The position numbers and the translations under genes were made by a program. From positions 67,396,001-67,460,000 of the forward strand of contig CM059432.1 of the NCBI GenBank assembly GCA_030390025.1: DNA of 64,000 nucleotides, in the 5' to 3' direction. Below are positions 47,401 through 60,600 of the stretch, piece after piece (the first letter of the stretch is position 1; each line of letters starts with the position of its first letter). The notes under the pieces are model-generated. The model searched no databases. It was not told the DNA's origin and worked only from the letters and a program-made list of their open reading frames with translations. This stretch comes from Squalus acanthias (lineage: Eukaryota).

Positions 47401-48325
47401 TATCATCTTAAAGCGTATTATATTATGGTCACTATTGCCTATATGTTCCCGTATCTTTACTTCTCTTATCTGCTCTGGTTCATTTCCCATTACTAGATCC
47501 AATAGCGCATCCTCCCTTGTTGGGCTTTTTACATATTGGGTTAGAAAGGAGTCCTGTACACATTTACCTACCTCTTCTGTCCAATTAATATCGGGGTAGT
47601 TGAAATCCCCCATGATTATTATTCTTTTTTTTTTACTAATTTCCCTAATTTGTCTGCTTATTTCTTCCTCCACCTCCCTTCCACTATTAGGTGGTCTGTA
47701 GACTAAGCCTATTAGTGCAATTGATCCTTTATTATCTTTTATCTCTATCCATATGGATTCTATTTTTGTCTTGCTGATATCTGCGTCACTTTTTTCTACT
47801 GCCATTATGTTATCCCTAATAAGTACAGCTACTCCACCTCCCCTTTTTCCCTCCCTATCTTTTCTAAATATGTTATACCCTGCAATGTTTAATTCCCAGT
47901 CCTGATTTTTCTGTAGCCATGTGTCAGTAATCCCTACTATCTCTGGTTCCTTGCAACGTATGATTGCCTCCAGCTCCCCTGTTTTATTATGGACACTGTG
48001 TGCATTGCTGTACAGACAGTTTAACTCATTTGTAATAGGATTTCCTCTCACTTTATGTTTAACCATCTTTTTAGACTTCTGTTCTATGACTCTATTTATT
48101 CCCTTGCCATGAATGTCTTCCCTTACTTTATTCTTTCCTATACTCTTTTTTCCTGTTTTGTTTATATTTAGGCTGGTTAACTTCCTTGTAGATCCCTCCC
48201 CCCATCTTACTAGTTTAAAGCCTTTGCCACCTCCCTATTTACCCTTTCCACTAGGACACGGGTTCCATCCAGGTTCAGGTGGAGCCCGTCCCATCAGTAC
48301 AGCTCCTTCCTGTCCCAGAACTAGT
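44461..48325 (-). mobile_element. CR1 LINE (ORF1 C-terminus plus degenerate ORF2 and tail)
   Basis: LYSNAHSV, MGDFNYP, GVPQGSALGP, FADD, LEYCVQFWSP; tail repeat ACATAGGATT at ~44460-44480. Confidence 0.92.
45080..45781. mobile_element. GC-rich Harbinger-type MITE nested in CR1
   Basis: GGGGAAAAAAT ... ATTTTCCCCCC termini, imperfect TSD TAT/CAT; CR1 resumes on both sides; resembles 52519-53411. Confidence 0.75.
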
Positions 48326-48842
48326 TGCACATATTAAACTATATGGTCCTTTGTTAATTTAAATCATTTTTTCACAAAAGGAAGGTTCACTATGGAAAGT
48401 TTTGTGCTAGTGCCATCATAAATATAGCAGAAATATTTCCTTAGATTGCTATTTCGACTGAAATCATAAATGTGTTCTTTTAGAACGCTTTTACAATTTT
48501 GCTATAAATAGCCAACAAGCTAACATATTGCCACCAGCAGAAATCCTCCTGGTATATTACATGTATTGACTGGTAACCCTTTCACATTCCAGTTTAATCT
48601 TCCTGGTATATTACTTGTATTGATTGAAACCCTCTCACATTCTAGTTTAATCTTCCCAATAAAAAATGTTCACAGCAAACCAGCGCATTCAAGGATAGCT
48701 GGCGGGTGATATTTGGAAAGGTCGGAAATGTTATCCTGTTATTCCATTCTTGAATATAGCAACAGCTGCTAAAAGCAGGTCATTGGTCTTACATTGCAGT
48801 CAGTAGCAGTAAAATCTTCTTGGTGCTGTTATAATATATTTA

Positions 48843-49065
48843 ATTGAGAGGTCGCACAACACCAGGTTATAGTCCAACAGTTTTATTTGAAATCACAAGC
48901 TTTCGGAGCTATCGCTCCTTCCTCAGGTGAAGTTTTTACTTCACCTGAGGAAGGAGCGATAGCTCCGAAAGCTTGTGATTTCAAATAAAACTGTTGGACT
49001 ATAACCTGGTGTTGTGCGACCTCTCAATTTTGTCCACCCCAGTCCAACACCGGCATCTCCGCATC
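48843..49065. mobile_element. Miniature palindromic Penelope-like insertion related to 2628-3763
   Basis: Perfect 92-bp inverted arms 48842-48933 / 48938-49029 with TTTT loop, unpaired 3' tail to 49065, TSD ATAATATATTTA at 48831-48842 and 49066-49077. Confidence 0.92.
48941..48978 (+). ncRNA. Minimal hammerhead ribozyme motif (mirror copy at 48893-48930, minus strand)
   Basis: TCAC-CTGAGGA-A-GGAGC-GATA-GCTCC-GAA-AGCT-T-GTGA. Confidence 0.87.
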
Positions 49066-50998
49066 ATAATATATTTACCCATAGTCTTGTCTTTTTGTTC
49101 TTACTTATCTCTTCAAATTTTATTTTTTGCCTGAGCTTTTATGCTCATTGTGACAAAGAATGTCGGTGTTCAGCATTGAAAATATTTTCTACTTTTAGCA
49201 ATCGAGAGCTGATTTTACAAGTTTCTGTTGGCGGTGCGGAGCCTCACTGGCTTGGAGTGCATGTCACTGAATCAGGCTCACAGCCCAGTGTGTCTGAGTC
49301 GCTGTGCACAAAGAATAATTCTAGTGTTTTTAAGGTTTGGCTGGTGTCCATTGCTAGCCTCATTATTGATACAAAAATACGTAAGTTTGTCCCGTGCTGC
49401 ATCTTGCAGCTTTCCAACAACTTTGCCCCTGGAAGTGCTGCTCGCCCATTTGAAACAGGCCCGGCAGTATGTGGATAGCCTGGCCTGAAGAAATCGGCTT
49501 CTTAAAGGAAAGTACTTTTCTGGTTTGAAAGTGACATTTTTTTTGCTTTCCATAAGGGGGATATTTAACTGGTAGTGGGATTCAGGGGTGGCGGGGGGGG
49601 GATGGGGAGAGCGGCAAATGCGTCTGATTCGGCAGCATGAATCGCGTGTGGTTTTTAACATCCAGACCTCACCTGCATGTCGCCGGTCAACTGCATGCCC
49701 GAAGTGGGTGGGAAGCTGGCTGTTGGGCGGAAGTGGAAGTTCAGGTGGCAGGAGTCTTACCCATAGGAAGGTAGGTCGGTGTAGGGAGGATTTTAGTGGC
49801 CGGTGGGGGGGGGCAACTTTTGGTCCCAGATTCTCTTCCCGCTGTCATCACCTACTGACAAAGCCGCAGAGGCTTTCCTGCTCGGGCCAGAGTTGAAATT
49901 ACAGTCAGGATCCGATGACATCATTGGAGTCCAATCTGCATATTTAGAGAAGGATTCCGTCAGCTTCAGGAGGGTGCCCTTGCCGCCTGCTTAGAAGCAC
50001 AGGTTAAAATTGAAGATGGCAGCATCTAGGTGGGACATCGGCGGGTAAGTTACCCAGCCAATTTTAACTGCCCACCCGCCCAGTTTCTGCCATGTGGGTA
50101 GGGTTAAAATTTGCCCGCTGTACCCGGTGGAAGGCAAAACCATATTAAGTTGTAGCAATAAAATAACTCCTGTAATTATTAACAGTGCAAACAGCTGATT
50201 AAAGATGCCTGAAGACCTGACTTTGCCTGAAATCAGGAGAGCTTTTAAATTGGTAAGTACTGAACTGTACAGAATAGTCGGGGCGCTTAATACGCTTTAA
50301 GCAATGCCTTTGTAATTGACCCCTATGGTGACGACAAATGGTTAGCGCCATTTGCCATATATAGTTGGCTGTCCATGATAAGCATGGTAGGCATTACACA
50401 TCTTTGCCCTTTCTTATCAACTAAACCCACTTTAAAAGTCAATACTCCCTGAAGTGACTGGCACTAGCAGAGTGGTCTGCACAGAGTGGTATTAAACAGA
50501 GTGCACTTAAACAGAGTGTTAAAATCGGGAATTTGGAGAGAGTGGAAGTCTCTGGTAAGTACTGGGTAAGCATTAGCTGTAAAAAGTTAAATTTAGTTTA
50601 ACATTTTGAATTTAACTTAGAACTTAAAAAATTATAGTTGACAGAAACTGCCCGTCAATGACAGTTAACTGTCAATCAGCCTTAAGTATTTGTCTTGAAT
50701 AGGTGCTTATAACTGTGAGCTGGAAGCTGAGTCAGCACTTGTAACTTGGGTGTGGCTCCAAGGTAAAAGTAAATAGTATCTGCTGATACACAGAGTGGTC
50801 TTAAATGGACTGCACTTAAACAGAGTGTTAAAGTTGGGAATTTGGAGAGTGGGTATTCGGAGCAGAGGGGGAAGGAGCTGCTGCTTTTTGCCTCCAATAC
50901 TTGTAGTGTTTTGGGTTACAGGTAATCTACCTATAACTTAAACTAGATCTAGTAATTAGTTAAAAACTAAACTATAGGCTAAGTTAATTAAATACTTA

Positions 50999-51456
50999 GG
51001 GCTGGATTTTCATTGACCCGTGGAGGCGGGTTTGGAGGCATGTGGGGGGTTAAAATTGCGAAAAGTGGTGGGCGGACCCGATCCCGCCTCCATTTCACCT
51101 CCACGCAATTTTGATGAAATCGTGTGCGGTGGTCCCGTCTCCGTCCCGCCTCCAAGAGGCGGGAGAGGCCATTAAAGCCCTTAACAAGCCCTAAATTGGC
51201 TCTGTAATGTCATTTTGATACTTTTTAGCTAGTTTAACCCTTTTCCCACGTGAAGCACGCCTGATCTGAAACACGCCAGTGAAACCTGGCGGGAGCACAT
51301 TTGGATAGCTGACTATTAGCTGCAGGTCCACTATTACAACAGAGATGTGATGAAGGTAGTAGTAGTATGAGGTCTGAAAGTCGCCTCTGATGCTGCTGCA
51401 TTGAAGGTCTTCAGAGGCTGCCTGGCCTTTGCTGTGAGAGGACCTGGATGGAAAAA

Positions 51457-51491
<35 letters not shown>

Positions 51492-51541
51492 GTAATGCGG
51501 ATGACATGACCCCAACCCGCCCCAGTATCAAAATCCAGCCC
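50999..51541. mobile_element. Harbinger-type MITE, internally deleted relative of 18011-18791
   Basis: TIR GGGCTGGATTTT / AAAATCCAGCCC, TSD TTA. Confidence 0.9.
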
Positions 51542-52518
51542 TTAAACTTTAATAAATTAAATAAATAAAACAAGGTTATATAGGGATGGCAGTGCAGGTG
51601 GTGTGCCGCAACTGCAGCATGCGGGAGTTTGTGGAGAGCATCACGATCCTATACGACTATGCCTGCAGTAAGTGTCTGCATCTCAAGGAACATCAGCTCT
51701 GAGTTGTTGAGCTGGAGTCCGAGGTGCAGACATTGCGGGGCATCAGGGAGGGGGAGAGTTACCTGTACACTTTGATCCAGGAGGCAATCACACCCCTTAG
51801 GTTAAGTAGTGATACAGGTCTGGTTAGTGGTCAGGAACAAGTGGGTGTGACTGCAACTCAGGTAGGTAAGGGGACCCCAGGTGCAGTGCTGGAGGAGCGT
51901 GGCACAGGAGTGAAACGGAATGTTGTAGTGGTAGGGGACAGTATAGTCAGGGGGATAGATACTGTTCTCCGCAACCACAACTGAGAGTTCCGAAAGCTGT
52001 GTTGCCAGGGTTCAGGATATCTCCTCGCAGCTGGAGAAGAATTTGGAGTGAGAGGGGGAGAATCCAGTTGTCGTGGTCCATGTAGGAACCAACAACATAG
52101 GCAGAACTAGGAATGAGGTTCTGCTGAGACATTTTGAGGAGCTAGGCTCCAAATTAAAATGCAGAAATCTTAAAGGTATTAATCTCTGGATTGTACCTGA
52201 GCCACACACAAATTGGCATAGGGACAAGCAGATCAGAGAGTTAAATGCGTGGCTGAAAGAGTGGTATGAGAGAAAGGGGTTTTGATTCATGGGGCACTGG
52301 CTCCAATGCTGAGGAAAGAGGGAGCTGTTTCGTTGGGATGGGCTGTGACCAGTGTCCTGGCGAATCAAAAAACTAGGGCTATAGATAGGGATTTAAACTA
52401 AAAAGTGGGGGAGGGGTCAGGTGAGGGGAAATTTAGAAATCTAAAGAGAAAAGTCAAGGCAATGGAGCAGTGTAGCAATTTGGGTAAAGAGAAGCAGAGT
52501 GTGACAGGAAGGGACATA

Positions 52519-53411
52519 GGGGGAGAAATTCAGTATCGCCCCATTTGGGGCGCAATTATCGGCCGGGCGCAAGTATTAGCGCCTGGCGCTAATTATCGCC
52601 ACCGACTGCAAACTTGACTTTTATCATCCCTGGAGGTGATTGCAGCGCTAAATCAGGCGCTTCACACCTGTCTTAAGGTGCAAAGGCCGAGGAGCGAGGC
52701 GCTACCTGAGAGCGCTGGCGAAGCTCATGTAATGTCAGTCAGCAATGGAACACACACACAATGGCACGGGCCAGTTCTTAAAGGGGATGGTTAATCTTGC
52801 TTTCCATCCACATCCTGCTCATTGCAGCCTTGAATCTCGGCCTGGAGAGACCTGCACATCAAATGTGCTGGAAAGAACAATGGAGAGTACCAGGCAAAGA
52901 GCTCAGAGTGCAGCCCCCACAGTCTCTGCTAAATCGATACAAGGAATGGCAAATCAAAATGAACCTGCAAAGTGCTGCTCAGTACCCAAAACTCCTTCAC
53001 ACAATGTTGAATCTCTCCAGAAGTCTCTCCCTCTCTCTCTCAGAATGCGTAGTTCAAAAATGGCACCAACAATTAAAGGCAGGAAGCGGTCACCTTTAAA
53101 TAGCGCTCCCCCTTTCCCTTCATGACTGCAGAACGCTCCCCTCAACCTGTTGTTGCTAGCATCAGGCGGTAAGGCAGGGGGCGCCACTCAATATCCGCTC
53201 CGGGGCGATACCGGGGCGTTGCGCACTCGAGTGACGTCATGATCTGCCAGCGCAGGAGATCGTGGCGGTAGTGTTTAGCGCCGCCGCAAAATGTCTAATT
53301 AATTTCGCGAGCGGCGCAAACTTCGCCGCGCCTGGGCGCTAGATGCTTTGCGCCCCATTAGCGCCCTCTTAAGGCGCTAACGGGAGGCGCAATCAACTGA
53401 ATTTTTCCCCC
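52519..53411. mobile_element. Harbinger-type MITE
   Basis: TIR GGGGGAGAAATTCAG / CTGAATTTTTCCCCC; flanks ATA / AAA. Confidence 0.82.
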
Positions 53412-55529
53412 AAAGTTCCAAAGTGACTAGGGTTGGGAACTAAATATTCCATGGTACTTGACATTTCAAAAAGACGGGCAGAATGGAAAAGGAGAGGGGT
53501 AGCCCTGATAAAGGATGACATAAGGACAATAGTAAGAAAAGATCTTGGCTCGGAATATCAGGAAGTAGAATCAGTATGGGTGGAGATAGGAAATAACAAG
53601 GGGCAGAAAACACTGATGGGAGTAGTTTGTCGGCCCCCTAACAGTACCTATACCATTGGACAGAGTATTAATCAAGAAATAATAAGAGCTTGCAACAAAG
53701 GTAATACAATAATCATGGGGAACTTTAATCTTCATATAGACTGGGCAAATCAGATTGGCAAAGGTAATCTGGAGGATGAGTTCATGGAATGCATTCAAGA
53801 CAGTTTCCGAGAACAATACATGGTGGAACCAACCAGGGAACAGGCTATTTTAGATCTTGTATTCTTTAATGAGACAGGGTTAATTAGTAATCTGATAGAA
53901 ATGATCCTCTGGGGAAGAGTGATCATAATATGATAGAATTTCACATCGAGTTTGAGTGAAAAATACTTAAATTCAAAACTAGAGTCGTAACCTTAAATAA
54001 AGCCAATTACATAGGTATGAGGGGCGAGTTGGCTAAGGTAGATGGGGAAATTAGATTCAAAGGTATGGTGGTAGATAAGCAGTGGCTAGCATTTAAAGAA
54101 ATATTCCAAAATTCTCAATGAATGTTCATTTCATTGAGAAATAAAAACTCCATGGGAAAAGTGATCCATCCGTGGCTAACTAAATAAGTTAATGATAGTA
54201 TTAGATTAAAAGAAGAGGCTTATAAGGTTGCCAAAAAGAGTAGTAAGCCTGAGGATTGGGAGAGCTTTACAAACTAGCAAATGATGGCCAAAAAATTGAT
54301 AAAAAGGGAGAAAATAGAATATAAGAGTAAACTAGCAAGAAATATAAAAACAGATTGTAAGAGCTTCAACAAGTATGTAAAAAGGAAGAGAGTGGCAAAA
54401 GTAAGTGTTAGTCCCTTAGAGGCTGAGACAGAAAGAAATGGCAGAGACTTTAAACAAATATTTTGTATCTGTCTTCACAGTAGAAGACACAAAAAGCATA
54501 CCAAAAATAGTGGGGAACCAAGGTGCTAATGGGAGTGAGGAACTTAAGGTAATTAATATCAGTAGAGAAAAAGTACTTGAGAAACTATTGGGACTAAAAG
54601 CCGACAAATCCCCATGGCTTACATCCTAGGGATATAAAAAAAGTGGCTGCAGAGATAGTGGCTGCATTGGTTGTGATCTTCCAAAATTCCTTAGATTCTT
54701 AAATGGTCTCACCAGATTGGAAGGTAGCAAATGTAACACCGCTATTCAAAAAAGGAGGGAAAACAAAATCAGGGAACTACAGGTCAGTTAGCCTGACATC
54801 AGGCATTGGGAAAATGCTGGAATCCAATATTAAGGAAGTGGTAATAGGGTAGTTAGAAAATCATAATATGATTAGGCAAAGTCAACATGGTTTTATGAAA
54901 GGGAAATCATGTTTCACAAGTTTATTGGTGTTTTTTGAGGATGTAACTAGCCGAGTAGATAAAGGGGAACCAGTGGATGTAGTATATTTGGATTTCCAAA
55001 AGGCATTTGGTAAGGTGCCACATAACAGGTTGCTACGCAAGATAAGGGCTCATGGGGTTGTGGGTAATATATTAGCATGGATAGAGGATTGGTTAACGGA
55101 CAGAAAACAGAGAGTAGGGATAAATGGGGCATTTTCAGGTTGGCAGGCTGTAACTAGTGGGGTTCCACAAGGTTCAGTGCTTGGGCCTCAGCTATTTACA
55201 ATTTATATCAATGACTTTGATGAAGGGACTGAGTGTAATGTATCCAAGTTTGCTGACGATACAAAGCTAGGTGAAAAAGTAAGCTGAGAGAGGACACAAA
55301 GAGCCTGTGCAGGGATATAGACACATTAAGTGAGTGGGCAATAAGGTGGTAGATGGAGTATAATGTGGGGAAATGTGAGGTTATTCATTTTGGTAGGAAG
55401 AATAGAAAAACAGAATATTTTTTAAATGGTGAGTAAGTATTAAACTGCTGTTCAGAGAGATTTAGGTGTCCTTGTACAGGAAACACAGAGTTAGCATGCA
55501 GGTACAGCAAGCAATTAGGAAGGCAAATG

Positions 55530-57619
55530 GTAAAAACTTTAAAAGGCAGCAAAAAATAACAAAAAGATTGATTAAGAAAGGGAAGATAGATTATGAAAGT
55601 AAATTAGCAAAAAATATAAAAACAGATAGTAAGAGTTTGTATCGTTATATAAAAAGAAAAAGGGTGGCTAAAGTAAATGTTGGTCCCTTAGAGGATGAGA
55701 CCGGGAAATTAATGGTGGGAAATATGGAGATGGCAAAAACACTGAATGAATATTTTGTATCAGTCTTTACAGTAGAGGACACTAAGAATATCCCAACACT
55801 GGACAAACAGGGGGCTATAGGGGGAGAGGAGCTAAACACGATCAAAATCACTAAGGAAGTGGTACTCGGTAAAATAATGGGACTCAAGGCGGATAAATCA
55901 CCTGGACCTGATGGCTTACATCCTAGAGTCTTGAAGGAAGTGGCGGTAGGGATTGTAGATGCATTGGTAATAATTTTTCAAAACTCCCTGGATTCCGCTA
56001 AGGTCCCGGCAGACTGGAAAACTGCTAATGTAACACCCTTATTTAAAAAGGGCAGTAGACAGAAGGCTGGTAACTATAGACCGGTTAGCCTAACATCTGT
56101 GGTAGGTAAAATTTTGGAGTCCATTATTAAGGAAACAGTAACAAGACATTTGGATAATCATAATTTAATAGGACAAAGTCAGCATGGTTTTACGAAGGGG
56201 AAGTCATGTTTGACAAATTTGCTGGAGTTCTTTGAGGAAGTAACATATAGAGTGGATAAAGGGGAACCAGTGGACGTAGTGTATTTAGACTTCCAAAAGG
56301 CATTTGACAAGGTGCCACACAAAAGATTATTGCTTAAGGTAAAAAATCACGGGATTGGGGGTAATATTCTGGCATGGATAGAGGATTGGCTATCTAACAG
56401 AAAGCAAAGAGTTGGGATAAATGGTTCATTCTCAGACTGGCAATCAGTAACTAGTGGTGTTCCACAGGGGTCAGTGCTGGGTCCCCAACTCTTCACAATC
56501 TATATTAACGATTTGGAGGAAGGGACCAAGTGTAACATATCAAAATTTGCAGATGATACAAAGATGGGAGGGAAAGTAGTGAGTGAGGAGGACATAAAAA
56601 ACCTGCAAGGGGACATAGACAGGCTAAGTAAGTGGGCAGAGATTTGGCAGATGGAATACAGCACTGGAAAGTGTGAGGTGATGCACTTTGGCAGGAAAAA
56701 TCCTAGAGCAATTTATTATCTTAATGGCAAGAAACTGGAGAGTACTGAAGTGCAAAGGGATCTGGGGGTCCTGGTGCACGAAACTCAAAAGGTTAGTATG
56801 CAGGTGCAGCAAGTGATTAAGAAGGCAAATGGAATGTTGGCTTTCATTGCTAGGGGGATAGAATATAAAAATAGGGAGGTATTGCTTCAGTTGTACAAGG
56901 TATTGGTGAGACCGCACCTGGAATACTGCATACAGTTTTGGTGTCCTTACTTAAGGAAAGACATCCTTGCTCTCGAGGCAGTGCAAAAAAGGTTCACTCG
57001 GTTAATCCCGGAGATGAGGGGGTGGTCATATGAGGAGAGGTTGGGTAGATTGGGACTCTACTCATTGGAGTTCAGAAGAATGAGAGGCGATCTTATTGAA
57101 ACATATAAGATTGTGAAGGGGTTGGATCGGGTGGATGCGGGGAGGATGTTCCCGATGACGGGTGAGACTAGAACTAGGGGACATAGTCTTAGAATAAGGG
57201 GCTGCTCTTTCAAAACTGAGATGAGGAGGAACTACTTCACTCAGAGGGTGGTAGGTCCATGGAATATGCTGCCACAAAAAGCTGTAGAAGCTACAACATT
57301 AATTAAATTTAAAACAGAAATAGACAGTTTCCTAGAAGTAAAGGGCATTAAGGGTTACGGGGAGCGGGCAGGAATTTGGACATGTGTCTAGGTTCGGATC
57401 GGTCATGGCCCTGTGGGTAGTGGAGCGGGCCCAGGGACTGTGTGGCCTGATTCTGCTCCTATTTCGTGTGTGCAATTCTGTTAGATGCAGGAGATGTTTC
57501 TGTGATAGATAGTAGATTGGCGGTTAGGATCAGATCAGCCATGATCTTGTTGAATGGCGGAGCAGGCTCGATGGGCCGATTGGCCTACTCCTGCTCCTAT
57601 TTCTTATGTTCTTATGTTC
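55530..57619 (+). mobile_element. Young 5'-truncated CR1 with an uninterrupted RT region, nested in the older CR1
   Basis: About 620 codons open to the stop at 57391 with all RT motifs; host CR1 frame breaks at RKANG (55530) and resumes at IARELDYKSKEVLLQ (~57626). Confidence 0.94.
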
Positions 57620-60600
57620 TTCCTAATTGCAAGGGAGTTGGATTACAAGAGTAAGGAAGTCTTGCTACAATTGTACAGGGCTTTGGTGAGACCACACCTG
57701 GAGTACTGTGCACAGTTTTGGTCTCCTTATCTAAAGAAGGATATACTTGCCTTGGAGGTGGTGCAACGAATGTTCACTAGATTAATTCCTGGGATGAGAG
57801 GGTTGTCCTATGAGGAGAGATTGAGTAGATTGAACCTATACTCTCAAGTTTAGAAGAATGAGAGGTGATCTAATTAAAAAAACGAGATTCTGAGGGGGAT
57901 TGACAGGGTAGATGTTGAGAGGCTGACTCTAATGGCTGGAGAGCCTAGAACTAGGGGGCATCATCTCAGGATAAGGGGTCAGCCATTTAAGACTGAGATG
58001 AGGAAGAATTTCTTTACTCAGAGGGTTGTAAATCTTTGGAATTCTCTACCCCAAAGGGCTGTGGATGCTGAGTCTTTGAGTATATTCAAGGCTGAGATGG
58101 ATAGATTCTTGGACTCTAGGGGAATCAAGGGATATGGAGATCGGGGGGGAAAGTGGAGTTGAGGTCGAAGATCAGCCATTATCTTATTGAATGGTGGAGC
58201 AGGCTCAAGGTACCATTTGACCTCCTCCTGCTCCTAATTCTTATGTTCTTAAACTTTAGAAAGCGAGACCTTTCTGTCTCACTATGAGAGTTCCAGGCTC
58301 AATCTGCCCATGACTGACTTTTTCCAGAGAAAAACAGAGGAACAAAGCTGATTTCTGATGCCTTCCTTAGCTTTGTGTGTGGAGGATTGCCTTCTGAGTA
58401 CCTTGAATGAGAAACCTTCCCCATTGGCGTAGGAACTACGTCAACTACATTGTTTATTCAGCTAAGCCTCCCTCACTGTATAAACAGCTCTGGACTGTGC
58501 TCAATGGTCTCGATTGTTTCAAAACTACACTGATATGTGAGAACACACACATCTGAAATGGCTGAATGTCTGTTTGTCCAACTAAATTGTCCCAAACAAC
58601 ATTCCAGATAGCTTGCGTATCTCTGGAAGTTTACCCTTTGTGAACAGAATTTAAATTCATAGCAGCATCATAATAGAAATTAAACCAAAATTCCTTCCAG
58701 TCCAAATAGGTTTAATTCTCAAAATATCATGTGCCCAAATTCTTTTGGGGATTGCAATGCCACTCCTAGATTTTGGAAGATGAAGTGCAGTTCTTGAGAG
58801 GACAGAAAAGCAGGTCCAACTGTATGTCATAGATTATATATGTACCTGTACTTACCCCAGGACCCAAATTTGCTAACGCAGAGCGCTGAATTTTCCTCTG
58901 CTGTCAGGCAGGATTGCAGTACAATAGGCAAGAGAAATGGGCCTGCCACCACATTCCCTACAGCAACCTCAATTTTCGTCCTCCCACACCTGCCAGGACA
59001 GCCATCCCTAGCCCAGCCACTGCACATAAATGCGAGTGGGAAGACAGGGCCCAGAAAGCCGCCACATTTTCCTTCCGATCTCTATTGTCATCACCAATTC
59101 CATGGGCAACCAGTAGAAAGGTGGTACTTCCTTCTCCAACAAAGAAATCATAAAGAGGGTAACCCCCATATGGAATAAGCATTTTGCAGTCTTCCACTTC
59201 CTTTTAGGGAAATTCCCCAAGGCAGAAGCAATCTTAAGGGAGACTGCTAATTGAAGCTAGGAACCTCTAAAATAAAGTGCAAAAAACATTTTGATAGAAG
59301 ACCAATCAAAACTAAACTTACGAGTCTCTATCTAACAACATAATGAAACACTTAAGGTTCCAGCATTAACCTTCCTCAGCTGCTGTTCTAAGTCACCACA
59401 TGGCTGCGTTCAGGTAAAACAGGTCTACATGTGGGATAACCAACGGTTCTTAAAGGGACCGCTGCAAGCTGCCACCAAAAAGGTAAGTTTAAAAAAAATA
59501 TTTACCTGTGTGTGGAACCGGAAGGTGCAGGACCTCTTCTCCTGGCTCCATTGCAGTGCTGCAGGCCATTGCCGCCCCCGTCGCCTTCCTGACCAATCAC
59601 CCTCCTGAGTACCTTCCTTTCCGATTGTGCTCCTTCCCGATCACCCTGCTCCCGATCGCCCATGTTCCTTGTCGCCTCCCCTCCCGCTTGCTTTCCTTTC
59701 CCCTTTAAGCACCTGCCTGAGGCTGCTGCCGGTGATGTAGCATCCCAAAATGTCAGGCCTCTTCACCAGGGAGTCACCTGGGGGCACCCAGCAGGTGTTC
59801 GCAGCTCGTCAGTCCCATTTAAATGAGGCTCAAGGCCCAATATTTGGTGCGCCTCTGTCCTGCCCGTTCAAGCGCACAGATCGTTTCCTGCACCTAATTT
59901 GTGCTGGTAGGCTGGCACAAACAAATTTCTAGGCCCTTGGCTCAAATCCCCATTGTTACAACAAGAAAATGAACAATTGCATATGCACAATGACACTGCC
60001 TGTGTGCGAAGGGATGTTTTATAGAAGGCAACTTTATTCCCTTCCAATCTTTCTTTCTAGATTTCTCTGCTTGTCACTACTTAGAACGGGGAATCATGGA
60101 ATACCGAAGCACACTGCTTACAAAATAACTAAAAGTGGGAAATATTTTGTTTTTTGGCACTTTGACCCTGTTTGGTTAACTTAAGGTACAAACTCAGTTT
60201 AGCACTTGTCCCAGTTCAGATTTTCTCAAAAGGCACTGTTATACTTGTGTGAATACAATAGCTCGCTGCATCATTTATACACTGGTCTGGTTTTCAGAAT
60301 CTGTGATGTTTTTGTTGGCATCATGAAGTCATACTGTAACCTTTCTTATTGAACTATTATGTTAATGATTTTAATACAGTGAAGAATTGTATTTTTTTTT
60401 ATTACCAGCTCTGTAAAGTTTCAGTCCAGAAGTTTCTGACATCAGTCTGGCTCAACCTGCAGTTATTAATGTAATGTTGGATTTAACACAACCTTTGACT
60501 TTATTGATAATGAAAGTCTCAGTGGAGGAAGATAAGCAATGTGAAGGTGACATTGCATTTATTTGTAATAATAAAGTCTAGGTCTGGATTTTTTGCACTG

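Larger units (their letters stand above)
50420..58250 (+). mobile_element. Old CR1 LINE region (5' UTR, ORF1 relic ~51587-52400, ORF2 relic, tail) carrying three nested insertions
   Basis: [44 protein letters not shown]; tail TTCTTATGTTCTTA at ~58238-58251. May be a composite of two elements. Confidence 0.85.

Noticed and set aside
55466..57391. 641-aa ORF as a standalone RT gene
   Set aside because: Chimeric: the first ~21 codons come from the host CR1 and the rest from a 5'-truncated nested CR1 lacking the endonuclease.
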